NCBI GenBank assembly: GCA_951406725.2 | Contig: OX597827.1 | Coordinates: 71,610,001-71,674,000 of the forward strand | DNA length: 64,000 nt | DNA from: Octopus vulgaris | Lineage: Eukaryota | Direction: 5' to 3' | Shown: piece after piece, positions 1 through 12,959 of the stretch | Position numbering within the stretch: the first letter of the stretch is position 1 | How the letters are laid out: every line of letters starts with the position of its first letter | Program-made: the position numbers and the translations under genes | Notes under the pieces: model-generated | Database searches by the model: none | The model's input: only the letters and a program-made list of their open reading frames with translations | What the model was told of the DNA's origin: nothing

Positions 1-136
1 TTTCACTCTCTCTTCCTGTTTCTTGAGTAACACTGCGATGGACTGGCGTCCCGTCCAGCTGAGGAGGAACACATACGCCACAGAAACCGGGAAACCGGGC
101 CCATGAGCCTGGCTAAGCTTGAAAAGGGCGCATAAA
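1..136 (+). mobile_element. 3' part of a SINE truncated by the window edge
   Basis: ctgcgatggactggcgtcccgtccagc resembles a motif common in metazoan SINE bodies. It shares ctctc...ttcctgtttct with family C and ends in an A-rich tail. Confidence 0.5.
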
Positions 137-304
137 TAAAAATAAATAAAAAGGAAAAAAATATATGATGATCATAATGATGACGACCACAATGGTGATG
201 ATGATGATGGTGATTATGATAATGGAAACAATGATGACTAAAGCAACGCATGTACATTGTTTTGTGTTTGTTTTTTTTCGTATTAATTAACTTTTTCCCC
301 TTAC

Positions 305-415
305 CTGAATTGTAGTAACAATCCTGGTCCTGTTTTCTGCGTTGTTTTCATGAGGGTCACGAACAATTTTGCGCTTCAGGATGACTAAACCCTCATTTTG
401 TGTCCAGTAACCAAT
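305..415 (-). CDS. iGluR exon G, end of ATD and start of S1 ligand-binding segment (111 bp, phase 0-0)
   Basis: Acceptor ttaattctag|ATT and donor CAG|gtaagg. Encodes IGYWTQNEGLVILKRKIVRDPHENNAENRTRIVTTIQ (compare AMPA receptor IGYW and ENRTYIVTTILE). Confidence 0.94.
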
Positions 416-739
416 CTAGAATTAAAAAAAAAAAAAAAAAAAAATTATAAATAAACAATCAAAAAAAAAAAAAGAAAAAAAAGAAGAAGAAAATATTGAC
501 AATCATACTGATGGATTGGATGTGATCGATATGAGACACTTCGGCGCCGCAATTTGACGCTGATTTATTTGACACCAGACGTTTTAATGTTTCCCTCGCT
601 CTCTCCCTCCTTTCCTCTATGGTTATGCATGTAAGCATATTTCTCTTTATGTTTATCAGGAGCGGGAGGGGGGGAATGTCAATCGCGCTTAATAAATTGC
701 AATGCCTCTCCCTCTCTTCCTTTCTTTCACCCTTTTTTT

Positions 740-890
740 TATTTCTTTATTGTCCACAAGGGGCTACACACAGAGGGGACAAACAAGGACAGACAAACGG
801 GTTAAGTCGATTACATCGACCCCAGTGCTTAACTGGTACTTATTTAATCAACCCCGAAAGGATGAAAGGCAAAGTCGACCTCGGCGGAAG
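740..890 (-). mobile_element. SINE family B, 3' half
   Basis: Reverse complement of the family B body (gtcgactttgcctttcatcctttcgggg...aataaagaaat). Confidence 0.8.
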
Positions 891-1253
891 TCTTAAAATC
901 AATATTTAATAATAAAAATATATAAAAGGATTTTTTGAACGTCGAATGGCTATGAGGGTCTTTTTTTTTTAAATATTAGGAATTATATTTAAAAATTGTT
1001 GAAAAATTTGGTGCATTGCAAAAGTATAAGCAATTTATTGCTCATGAATTTTAGCAAAATTTTAACAAACTATGAACCCCCAGGTCGAGGAATCACTGTA
1101 TCAGACGAATATATGATTCAAAGATAAATTAGACATAACATAGAAACATTTTACAAACTGGGAAACACCGTGTGTAAATATTAATTAGCGACCAGCAGAA
1201 GACCACCCAGAGGGCTACCCTTCTGCTAGCTTCCAAACATAAAGAAACCCTAC

Positions 1254-1361
1254 CTTCATAACTCCTTGTGTGACCCCTAAATCCAGAACATCTAGTGTGA
1301 AGTCCCTGCGGTGGCCCCTCGCATCAAACGCCACGCGCCCGGTTAACCCGTCAAACTCCGT
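1254..1361 (-). CDS. iGluR ATD exon F (108 bp, phase 0-0)
   Basis: Acceptor ttatttttcag|ACG and donor AAG|gtaggg. Encodes TEFDGLTGRVAFDARGHRRDFTLDVLDLGVTQGVMK, with the hallmark F.GLTG...FD..G.R..FTLDV motif. Confidence 0.95.
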
Positions 1362-1554
1362 CTGAAAAATAAAAAAAAAGAAATACAAGATCAAAAAAAG
1401 TTTTTTCTAATGCAACAACAACAACAACAACAGCAACAGAAGCAGCAGCAGCAACAACAACAACAACATTCAGTTGAGTTCAGAGGATGTCGATTTTGCT
1501 TTTGGTTATAAGTTCACCACTGAGCCAAGCAAAAGCAAGCGTTTATGCTTGTCT

Positions 1555-1765
1555 TTCCACTGCCACCGCTTGATAACCGGTGTTGGTGTGTTTACGTCCT
1601 AATAATCTAGCGGTTCGGCCAAAAAAAAAAAAAAAAAAAAGAGGCGGATAGGATTAAGAATCAGGTTTAAAAGAAAATAAGTACTGGGCAAAACTTGTCT
1701 GACTCAGCTGTTGAAGGTGGTGCTCTAGCATGGCCGCAGTTCAACGATTGAGACAACTAAAAGAT
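1555..1765 (+). mobile_element. SINE family A, diverged 3' half
   Basis: cgcttgataaccggtgttggtgtgtttacgtc...agcggttcggc...ggtgctctagcatggccgcag matches the 3' half of family A. Confidence 0.7.
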
Positions 1766-2924
1766 TAATGATATTGGTGGAAACAGACGTAAAGCAACTC
1801 ACATGTTTCAGTTTATTGTGATCTTTTGATGGGAAATCTTGATGGGAAAACTAGCTTTATTTCTTCAACAAAGCGCATCCAATATTTCTAAGAATGAAGT
1901 TCTCATCATTGTTCGCAATTACATCTTACCTATTCCCTCACTCTATTGCGGTCTTGTAATTCTATCCAATATCAAAATGTCTTATTCCTTAATTATTCAT
2001 TTTTTTTTCGTTTAGCTTAAAATAATTTTTCAATTCAAACGAATATTCAAAAAGAGATAGAGACAATGTGTGTTTTTATTAAAAAAAAATTTTTTTTTAA
2101 AGTATAAATTCTACAATGGGTAACGATGGTGGATACCTAAGTTAATTGTTAAGAATAAATAGTAAATAAGAATATTATATATATATATAAAAAAAAACAA
2201 CTTAATTTAAGAATAATTCAATATTTCCTGTGCATTGTTGTCTGTCAGAAATAAATGTCATAGAGTCCTCCTTTCCTTTACTGCTCGTCTTGGGCTTGCG
2301 AGCATTTAGGTTAATGAGAGAAAATGTGTTAAAAGTTGTTCGGAATGAAACCTGAAAGAGACAATAAACCAACAACTATACCATCATCATCATCATCAAC
2401 TAATAAGAAAATATATACCAGCGAGGGAGTCTCGACTTGCTAGATATAATAGCCAAATCTCCTTCGAATCATACTAATGCTGTTTTAGTAAATGAAGGAC
2501 ACACTGAATAATGTAGTCCAAGATATATAATGAGACGGGGTGGTTACTGCTGGAGCGTCTTTGGTCGATCGCAGTACCAGCTGCGTACTGGAGTCGATCT
2601 GATCGACTGGCCCCCTCCCCCAAAATTTCGGGCCTTTTGCCTCGAGGAGAAACGAATGTCATATCTGTCTCAATTTGTTTTTAAAGGAACGTGTTTTTTA
2701 AATCCTATATTTTTATCACATCTAGGGGCAGAATAGTATCGTTGATCTTAAGTCCCCAAAGAACCAATCGCTATTTAACTGCATTTCTTATAGTGTTTAC
2801 AATGACAAGGGATTGTCTTCACGATTCGGGCGAAACAAATACCACATCAAGGAAGGAGGGAAACTATCATTCTAACTAACCGGCTACCCCCGTTTTTTCG
2901 TCGATGTTTTTAAATCGTTTCATA

Positions 2925-3052
2925 TACGACAGGCTTCTGCACAGTTTCCTCTCACGCAAGAAAAGTCAAGCAGTCCGAAGTTCAAAATGCCGAGCACTGA
3001 GATCGAACCCAGGAACCCTCGGGTACAAAGCGAACATCTTTAACCACACTGC
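2925..3052 (-). mobile_element. SINE family A, degraded 5' half
   Basis: atacgacaggcttctgcacagtttcc...gatcgaaccc...taaccacac is similar to the reverse complement of the family A head. Confidence 0.55.
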
Positions 3053-3311
3053 CAGTTTACATTATATTGCATTAGACTTCTAATTAACTTTCACTACAAG
3101 TTATTTCACATCTCTTATTAAAGTCCGATTAAAATTTTGTTTAATTTAATTTTTGTTTCCGCTGAAATAAAATGGCGTAAAAGGTGAGTCCCCTTGAGAA
3201 ATTTTTGCATCAGAGGGAAGATGACGGCATGACATGAACGCTCGATGCCCTCCCTTGTATAATAATTACAATATAAAATAGCATTCGCTTTTGATGATGA
3301 TGGTGATGATG

Positions 3312-3343
<32 letters not shown>

Positions 3344-3431
3344 GGTGGTGGTGGTGGTGATGATGATGATGATGATAGCTAAACTACCTTGAATTTGCGT
3401 TTTTTACACTTGTTCTTTCTGCTTTAAAAAA

Positions 3432-3512
<81 letters not shown>

Positions 3513-3745
3513 TATATATTGGTGTGTATGTGATTTGTTGTTGTAGTGGGAATTAAGCGCCATTATTAAACGTTATCACGAACGCGAAGCGAACCATTGC
3601 CAAGAGACTTAAAACGATATCAAAGTATTTGATAGTGCGTTTGAAGTTAACACACGTTGCGTTTATTTTACAAACTACACACGCACACACATACACACAC
3701 ATTCATACATACACACACATATATGTACATGTTTATGTACATGTT

Positions 3746-3797
<52 letters not shown>

Positions 3798-3997
3798 AAC
3801 TTCATTTTTCAATTTCCTTCAGAAAATTGATATCAAAGCGTGTGGGTGTATGCGTGTCTGTATGCGTGTATGTGCATGAGTGTTTGTGTGCATTATGTGT
3901 GTGTGTGTGTACACGTCACGTCACATATGCATATACACACATGCATATGTGTGAGTATTTCTGCAGGCGTTTTTTGAACGTATTTTATACTACATGT

Positions 3998-4056
<59 letters not shown>

Positions 4057-4499
4057 CAAACGTACACACACACACGCACGCATCAGTATGTGTGTATATA
4101 TGCATGCATGTTTGCGAGTGCATGTAGTTATACTTTTATATCAATGCACAATTTCATACACACACACACACATGCATACACACACACACATACACACACA
4201 CACATACATACAGGTGTGCGTAGGTATGCACTTATACATTTATATAAATACACAAGAACAACAAGAACAAGAACAACAACAACAACACATACACATTTAA
4301 ATTACTCTACTCTCTTGCTTTCAACAGAGCACTTTTTGTACATCGACAACTTTCTCAGACGATAACGAGCAATTTAAGGGGGGTTCATTTCTATCTCCTA
4401 CAGCTCGGCTAAATGTAGGCTCGTCAACTGAGCAGATGCACTCGTAATGGTTCATATTTCCCTAGCTGTGGTTTTACTTTCATTTTCATCCTGATTGAT

Positions 4500-5060
4500 T
4501 ATGGCTTGACTTCGCGATCAACGACACATGGAGATCGATGTCCACGTATGTCGCAGGCTTGTTGATCCTCGATTCGAGACAAACAGGCATGACCTGGGTT
4601 GGTCACGGTTGGTTTTAGTGTCCTCGTTTTTCATCTTCTTTCTCTTGTCTGCATGGATGGTGCTGCAGGTATCTTCAAAGGAGGTCGTTGGCCAGAGGAC
4701 AGTGAGACACCAGGCTTCACAGTCAGCGGCAAGAACAGACCACTGGTGGGGGACCAATATGACAAGCACCAAAGGATTTCTTCACGGAGTCCTTGTTGCC
4801 CTTCTTTGGTGTTCCTCATTCACGGTTACCAGTGGGGAGTTCGTCATACAGTGTGATTTTGGGAAGTCGATGACCCCTCAATCCTGCTGACTTGTCCTGC
4901 TCCGCAGAGCTGTGTGTTCAGCAGAATTGATTGGATAATAGTGACGTTCTAGGATCACTATGTTAGTGACAAAGCCATTCGAATGGATGCTGAAGATGAT
5001 GCGAAGGCAGTGCCGACAGATGACCCACGATAGTGCTGTAGAAGAGGGTAGTCAGAACGA
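4500..5060 (-). mobile_element. Decayed RTE/BovB-type LINE, 3' end of ORF
   Basis: Frameshifted minus-strand translation gives IHSNGFVTNIVILE...HQWSVLAADCEAWCLTV...SFEDT...DKRKKMKN, similar to the RTE C-terminal region (W..LA.DR..WR..V). Confidence 0.7.
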
Positions 5061-5468
5061 TAGCTCTGTACTCATTGATGTTGAGCTTAAATCAAAGGTG
5101 TTTCATCAGTGATCATACTGTCTTCGTCTTTTTTTGTTGTTTTTTCCCCATGTTCTCCATTTTAAGAAGGCTGTTTGTGATTTCAAGGAAATTAAGGAGC
5201 TATTACAAGTTGTTCGAGATTCTGTGTACAACAGGGGAAGATAACCTTTCACCTGATATTTAATTTGAAACTGCTCGTTGACGAACTCTAAAGCCTACAG
5301 GGAGAAAGGAGTTTAAGAATTAAGACCAATGTCGTCTGCATTCTAATTTAAAACCTCCCGCCCATGGAGTCCCAATAATTCATATAAAAAAATGTACTTA
5401 AAAATTCAGGACCAATTTAATATGTTATTATATTAAAGTGAGGTGGCGAGCTGGCAGAATCTCTAGAG

Positions 5469-5955
5469 CAGCGGTAGAGAAACTTTTTAGTGCAACGGGC
5501 AAAAATTTCATAAGAAAAAGGTGCTAACTCTTATATATGTCTATGTATAATTTGATATACATTGATAAAGATAAGTTTAACACATTAAATCAACGCGTAA
5601 CATCTTCATTAACGCCGCCACTGAATTTAGGACGTTTATAGTACTTATGAGGTATTCTATCTTTTTTCAGCTAGAGTATAGTCGGGTCTCAAGCGGGTGG
5701 TATAAACCTAGCAATATGTGTTTTATAGTGAAAACAAAATTTCCATTCAAATGGCAATTACTGAACGAATTCTGACCATTTTAAGTCGTAGTGGAGGAAA
5801 CACAACCTATGTCGCAAGTAAGTATACGAATATTGCATAAATTTTTATTGAAAAATTTACTATATTTTGTTCATATGAGTATATCAACCTGCAGGCACAA
5901 TAAAACGGGCTCGGGGGCGCAACTGCGCCCGCGGGAGAGGGCTTCCCTACCCCTG
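5469..5955. mobile_element. hAT (Charlie-like) non-autonomous DNA transposon inserted into a family B SINE
   Basis: Imperfect TIRs cagcggtagagaa / ttccctacccctg, flanked by 8-bp near-identical target duplications ctctagag (5461-5468) and ctttagag (5956-5963). The SINE B head (5440-5460) and body (5964-6075) resume on either side. Confidence 0.8.
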
Positions 5956-6459
5956 CTTTAGAGCGTCAGACAAAATGTTTAGCGGAATTTCTTCGGGCTG
6001 GCCCTTTACGTTCTGACTTTAAAACCCTACCGAAGTCAACTTTGTCTTTCATTCCTTTGGGGGTCGATAAACTAAAGTATAAACTTTACCAACAAAATCT
6101 TATACGGATCCCTAAGAGCCATATGGACCTTGGTTGAGAACCACGGCTTTAAAGCTACCCCAACCCTTCGTTGGCTTGTCGGGGTGTTATAGATAGTTAT
6201 GAATAACGAAAGAACTCGTTATTTTTACAACTGGTGCCACCGTGAACGAAGACGTCGTTCTACCGTGTGGTACCTTCTTACGGCCAAGTGGACAGGGTTT
6301 TTGTTTTTTGTTTTTGGTGGTGGTGGTGGTGGTGGTGGGATATGAGCGTCTCAACCGCGGCACGGGCACGTTGTTGCAAATGACGAGGGCGGTGCTGTAA
6401 AATTCCAGACTAAAAACATTCGTCTTCCAGTGTCTCATCTACTTAATAACTCCACCTCT

Positions 6460-6478
6460 TACTACCACCACCACCACC

Positions 6479-6567
<89 letters not shown>

Positions 6568-6568
6568 C

Positions 6569-6630
<62 letters not shown>

Positions 6631-6649
6631 CACTACTACTACCGTCACC

Positions 6650-6680
<31 letters not shown>

Positions 6681-7075
6681 GAAATCGTAGGTAGAAGCAG
6701 AACAACACCCACCAACACCACCACCGCCATGACACCCGCCACTACCGCCACTGCTGCACCACCGCTGCCGCTGCTTCAAAATCCACCACCACCACCACCA
6801 CCACCACCACCACCACCACCACCACCACCGTCACCACCACTACCACCACCACCACCACCACCACCACCATCACCACCACCAAAACGACCACGAAAGCCAC
6901 CACCACGATCATCATCACTGTGACCACCACCACCAAAACGACCACGAAAGCCACCACCACGATCATCATCATTGTCACCACCACCACCAACATCTCTATC
7001 ACCATCAGCACCTCCACCGCCACCACCTCCACCGCCACTCCCGCCACCACCACCAATACCACCACCACCACCGTC
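6460..7075. repeat. Compound (ACT)n/(ACC)n trinucleotide repeat region with a ~50-bp tandem duplication
   Basis: Long actact/accacc runs; ccaccaaaacgaccacgaaagccaccaccacgatcatcatca occurs twice (~6876 and ~6930). Confidence 0.9.
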
Positions 7076-7350
7076 CCCCTCCATAACCACGAAATCACTA
7101 ATTCCTCCTCCTCCTCCTTCTCGTCCTCATCATATGCAAAACCTTTAGATACAGTTGTCGTCTGCAAATTATGGCAGAAAATGTTAATCTTCTTTTGACT
7201 GCTGTTCGCCAAATTGATTGTTCCGTTGCTAGAACAGGCATTGTGTAGCGGAATGTCGTTGCAGTAGTTGGTAGGAATAGCGCTGGTATCAGGGATTAGC
7301 TCCATATCCACCGTCAGGAGAGCCTTGTCATTAATATTAACTCGCTCTCT

Positions 7351-7352
<2 letters not shown>

Positions 7353-7447
<95 letters not shown>

Positions 7448-7646
7448 GTCTCTCTCTCTCTCTCTCTCTTCACACGCGCACACGCAAAGACAGAGAAAAA
7501 GAATCGTGCATATTCACACACACACACACACACACATCATACATATGTATGTATGTATATATATATATATATATACACACACACGTACGCACACATACAC
7601 ACACGTGCGCATAGACACACATACACACAAACACACACATATATAC

Positions 7647-7680
<34 letters not shown>

Positions 7681-8250
7681 CAATAAAGAACACTTTGATC
7701 CTATCTAAAAGGCTGATATTATATATATACATACACATATACATATGCATATATATATATATATATTATATACACATATACGCACATACATACAGACATA
7801 CATATATATGCGTGCACAAACACACACAAACATACATACATACAATAACACATAGATACATATATATACACTTACCCATATAAATACATGCATACACACA
7901 TACATATATACATACATACATACATACATACATACACATACATATATATACATAAGTACACACATACATACATACATACACACATACAAACATATATACA
8001 TACATACACGCACATACATATATACATACACACACACATACATATATACATACACACACATACATATATACATACATACGCACATACATATATACATACA
8101 TACACGCACATACATATATACATACATACACACATACATACACACATACATACATACATACATACATACATACATACATACATACATACATACATACATA
8201 CATACATACACACATACATACATACACACACACATACATACATGCGTATA
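7353..8250. repeat. (GT)n, (TA)n and (CATA)n microsatellite cluster
   Basis: Directly visible simple repeats. Confidence 0.95.
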
Positions 8251-8869
8251 TAGGAAACTAAAGGATTATTATGTTGAAAGCAGAGTTAATATAAAGCTTG
8301 TGATGTGCTTTAGTAGAACTCCATTCACAGAGTGAAATCAAAAGCTATAGAACAACCTTGTCCGAGTAGTTGGAACGGGTTTCAATTCTCGCTGAAAGCA
8401 AGAAAAGGTCACTTGTGTCGTTATCAGTCTTGGGAAATTGGAAAACGCATGAATATTACAACTTTCCATTCCCCATGTTCTCAAAAAACATATATAGCGG
8501 CGGCGGCGGCGGCAATGGTGGTGGTAGTGGTGGTGGTATGTTGTTGAGATGAGACCAAAACACAAAACAAAAATTATTTGGGGAATGCACATCACAGAAA
8601 TGAATGAAATAAATTTATAGTCGAACTATATGAGCCTTCAGCCAGCCGGAAATCGAACAATGACCTTGAATTGATAAGGTGTAACTTAGGTACTTCCCGC
8701 AGCGTTACCCACAAGTTCGGGCTGCAGTCTTATTTGGAACATTTCTCTCATGTAACAACTAAGGAGCAGAACTAGGTAAGAGAAAACTAGGTAAGAGAAA
8801 ATACGGAGAGAAGCAGCACACCTGCCACATAATCCCAAAATTAGAGCTCTGATCCGAATTTTTTTTTTT

Positions 8870-9110
8870 AAGCATAAAGAACTTCGCTCGGGTCGTGTTG
8901 AGTTGGGCCTACCACAAATAGAAATAATCCATTGTGTTTTATTATGGTCCCAACATTTAAAGAGATTTGCTTACTGAACTCAGAACCACTGTGTGTCCTG
9001 TACTGGGGGTTGACAATTAGAAGTGACCTGATGTTGTAGACGAGCTGCCCTTCACGTGAACCATGATATGATTCTCTGATATTAGATTGTGTAGAGAACA
9101 CTTTCATTGT
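8870..9110 (-). mobile_element. Highly decayed LINE reverse-transcriptase fragment
   Basis: SGSEFSKQISLNVG...LFLFVV...PSEVLYA loosely follows the RT segment S..F.V..G..QG..SP.LF....P..LLYADD; the QG and DD residues are lost. Confidence 0.35.
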
Positions 9111-9153
9111 AGCTAGCCATTTTCACGGTGGTTGGAGATATAGTCTCGGTATA

Positions 9154-9343
9154 GGCGCGGCCGTGGCTGTGTGGTAAGAAGTTTGCTTCCCAACCAGATG
9201 GTTTTGGGTTCTGTCCCACGGCGTTGCACATTGAGTGTCTTCACTATAGTCTCGGGTCGACCCACTCCTCAAAAGTGGATTAGAACGGAAACTGAAAGGC
9301 ACTCATTGTATATATACATACTTACATACATGCATACATACCC

Positions 9344-9377
<34 letters not shown>

Positions 9378-9577
9378 ATCCTTCCACTGTTTGACAACTG
9401 GTGTTGGTTTGTTTACGTGTCTGTAACTTTAACTTAACAGTTCGGCAAAAGGAGCCTGATAAAATAAGTATCACACCTTAAAGAAGTACTGGGGTCGATT
9501 CGTTCGACTAAAATTCTCGAAGGTAGTGCCCTAGCATGGGCGCAGTCTAATGGACTGAATGAAGTAAAAGATAAAAG
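9154..9577 (+). mobile_element. SINE family A (tRNA-derived head, internal TA/GT microsatellite), diverged full-length copy
   Basis: Head ggcgc..gtggctgtgtggtaag (A box), ggttctgtccca (B-box-like), and tail gtaaaagataaaag. Confidence 0.8.
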
Positions 9578-10181
9578 CAAAAAAGAAAAAAAGAAAAAAC
9601 GGTGTACAACATCAAAGTCATTTCGGAGCGCCACATATGGATTGATATATGGTTTTCGAGCTCTTTATGCTCTCATCAGTATTAAATAACAAAGGGGGAC
9701 AACCCTGAAATGAATGGAAACCTTGGCTCTCTTATAGAAAATCTGTAGAAAATATCCACTGACAGAACGCTATGGCGGCCAGGCTGGAACAAAATAAATG
9801 GTTGGTGCGCAAAGCAGTGTTGAGATATAAACCAACTTTTAGATTAATTCAAATATGTTTGAGATATTCTTGACTTGTAAAAAGACAAATGGAAATGGCC
9901 TTCGTTTTATTTAGGGAATTGCTTAGTTAACAGAAGGATAGAAGGATAAACACTGAGAAAGAGAGAGGGGGAAGAGAGGGGAGGGAGATAGAGGGCGAGA
10001 GAGAGATGGAGGGAGGGCGTGGCTGATAAAAAACAAGGAGAAATTAAAGGAGAGAAAGAAAATAGTTAATAAAATATAAAATATAATAAAATAAAGGGGA
10101 AAATCGGAATGTAACTTTGAAGGGAGCATCGTAGAAGAGGCAATAAATTCTTTAGCGGAAAAAGGAGGAGAGAAAGAGATA

Positions 10182-10238
<57 letters not shown>

Positions 10239-10913
10239 TGAGAACGGGAATGAGGAGAAGGAAGAGAAGGGTGGGGGACGAAAGAAAGAAGAGGAAGTGG
10301 TTGTAGCGATAGCGATGGTGGTAGTGGCGTCGGCGGCGGTGGTTGTAATGATATGAGGTAAAACTGCATTTGGAGCGGATCGAGCGAGGGATTAGGGGAG
10401 CGGAGGGGTTGAGACCAAGTCTTAATATTCGTTCGACCTGTAGGGTTAGTCTACAAAAATGCGAGGGGTGCGTGGGTTTAGAGTGTCAGGTAGGTCCATC
10501 ACCAAATGATTTAAAAAAAAAATTTCTAGCTGTGAGAATAACCCCAAAAAGATAAGCGAAAAGTATTAATTCGGGAACAGCGGTGGTGGTGGTCGTGGTG
10601 GGGAGTTCATTAAAAGAACAAAATATAATGAAACTATCTCGTTAGGGAGCAGGAATAGATGAAAGCTTTGCCGGCTTCAAAAGGAATGAAAAATTCTTCT
10701 TACAAAAAGAAAAAAAAAAAGAAAAAAGAAAAAACTAGTTCTGGGTTTGCTAATTCGAAGATAGACTCGTGTTCTGGTGTGTATTGTGGAAATGTATGGC
10801 TAATTAATAAACTCCAGCACGTGATCTGTACGTAGGGTTAAGCGATGGTTTATTTAAGCTAGGGTTAGTTATTTAATTAAGAGGAAGAAAGGAAGTGTGC
10901 AGGTGTGTGTGAA

Positions 10914-11293
<380 letters not shown>

Positions 11294-11678
11294 AAAGCAA
11301 TACTCTCGTATTGCATTACTATTTTCATTGAAACTTCTTCACTGTTCTCGTTCTGTTAACGCTTTGGCGTTCAGACGAGTGTACTGGCATAGATGTGGCA
11401 ACATTTGAAATGTTGTTGAGGTTTATGCAGCTGATGATGACAAATCAAATATACGTTGGCAGACGTATTTTGGAGAGTCTGAAACCGGTACTGCATTATC
11501 CGTTTCTAGGTTTTTCATTTTTCAGATGTTCTTCCTTGAGGTAAGACAATTTTTTTCATGTTTGTTGCACACACGCATCTTTACTAGTACATACGCAGTG
11601 AAGCTATACATTAGCATCGTATTTATTACGTTCGCTATTTTCCAGTAAATATCGGTGCTTCGTTGTGCCATTTATTTA

Positions 11679-11791
<113 letters not shown>

Positions 11792-12400
11792 TTATATGCT
11801 TTCAGTGCGAATGGTTTTGTTATACGGTGCCGTATTTTACAATCCTGTAAATAATAATAATGGTTTTTAAAATTTTTTATATAAGCTTAAAGTTTATTTA
11901 TGGCGATCACGGTGCAATGATTAAAGAAAATAGTCTAATAACAGGGCATATAAGCCATCGACAGAAAAAAAGAAGGCTTTCCTATCCCCGTATATATGTC
12001 ACCATACATAGGAAAAAGTTATTTTTTGATAAGAAACAGTTAAGTTAGTTGTTTTGGCCGGTTACTGACGAGAATTCGTCTGGTAGATAATACGGTCTTG
12101 CTAAATTATCTATTAAAAGATGGCAAGCAATATTATTTGCTAAAGAGATTCGAAACCATTGGTATAACCGTTATATAACAAGGTAAAGGTTTTTATTTTT
12201 CATGCACTTCGAAATTTGCTATAAAATTGTGGTTTTTGGCCGTGTTGGCTGCTATTTCTAGCATATAAAAATTACCTGTTAAAGGGTAATTTTCTATTTT
12301 GAAATACGAATATGTTGTCTTTTGACTTTTTATACACGCTAGGCCATTGGTGGTTGTATTTATAACGAGTATTCGCCACCCTATATATATATATGTACCT

Positions 12401-12457
<57 letters not shown>

Positions 12458-12463
<6 letters not shown>

Positions 12464-12610
12464 GAAATTTATAGAAAAACAAAAGCGGAAGACAGGGGTA
12501 TGAACAACAAGCAGGTGTATTAATTTGACGCTCAGGAAAATGAAAAAGACTTTTTACGCTTCGAGCCTACGCTCTTCAACAGAAAGGAATAAGAGAAAAT
12601 AAACAGAAAA
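12458..12610 (-). mobile_element. Dispersed repeat family D, TA-microsatellite-associated and probably Penelope-like-derived; other copies at 35269-35475, 38270-38390, 40058-40120, 53580-53660 and 60762-61050
   Basis: Shared sequence tagttgaaattta(c/t)agaaaaacaaaa...caggtgtatt...gacgctc..gaa...tcgagcctacgctcttcaacagaaaggaa, usually abutting (TA)n. The minus strand carries a ctgttgaagagcgtaggctcgaa motif of the Penelope hammerhead type. Confidence 0.65.
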
Positions 12611-12767
12611 TGGAAAGAACTCGTAGATTTAGCAGTTATGCATGCCGAATGTACACACACACACACAACACACTCGTGTGTGTTGTGTATTAAAAGGAAG
12701 ATTTAAATTGATGCAGAAACCATCAAGTAAGAAAGAAAAAAAAGATGACAACAAATGCTATAATTAC

Positions 12768-12959
12768 CTCTTTCATTGCTTTTAAAACTATTTTGCCTTT
12801 ATTCCAAACATTCAGTTTTTGGACTGTAGCACAGCTCTTACTGCTGTTTGTTCCACTTTTAGACCGGATGAACAACGACTCAAACAAGCCATTATTTGAA
12901 AGGTTTTTCATAGCACGTGTAAACAGACTGACTGCGTCAACTGCCAGGGCTGCTTCGTA
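12768..12959 (-). CDS. iGluR ATD exon E (192 bp, phase 0-0)
   Basis: Acceptor ttattgcag|TAC and donor GAG|gtaatt. Encodes YEAALAVDAVSLFTRAMKNLSNNGLFESLFIRSKSGTNSSKSCATVQKLNVWNKGKIVLKAMKE (Y.AL..DAV, second ATD Cys, W..G..I..A.K). Confidence 0.93.
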
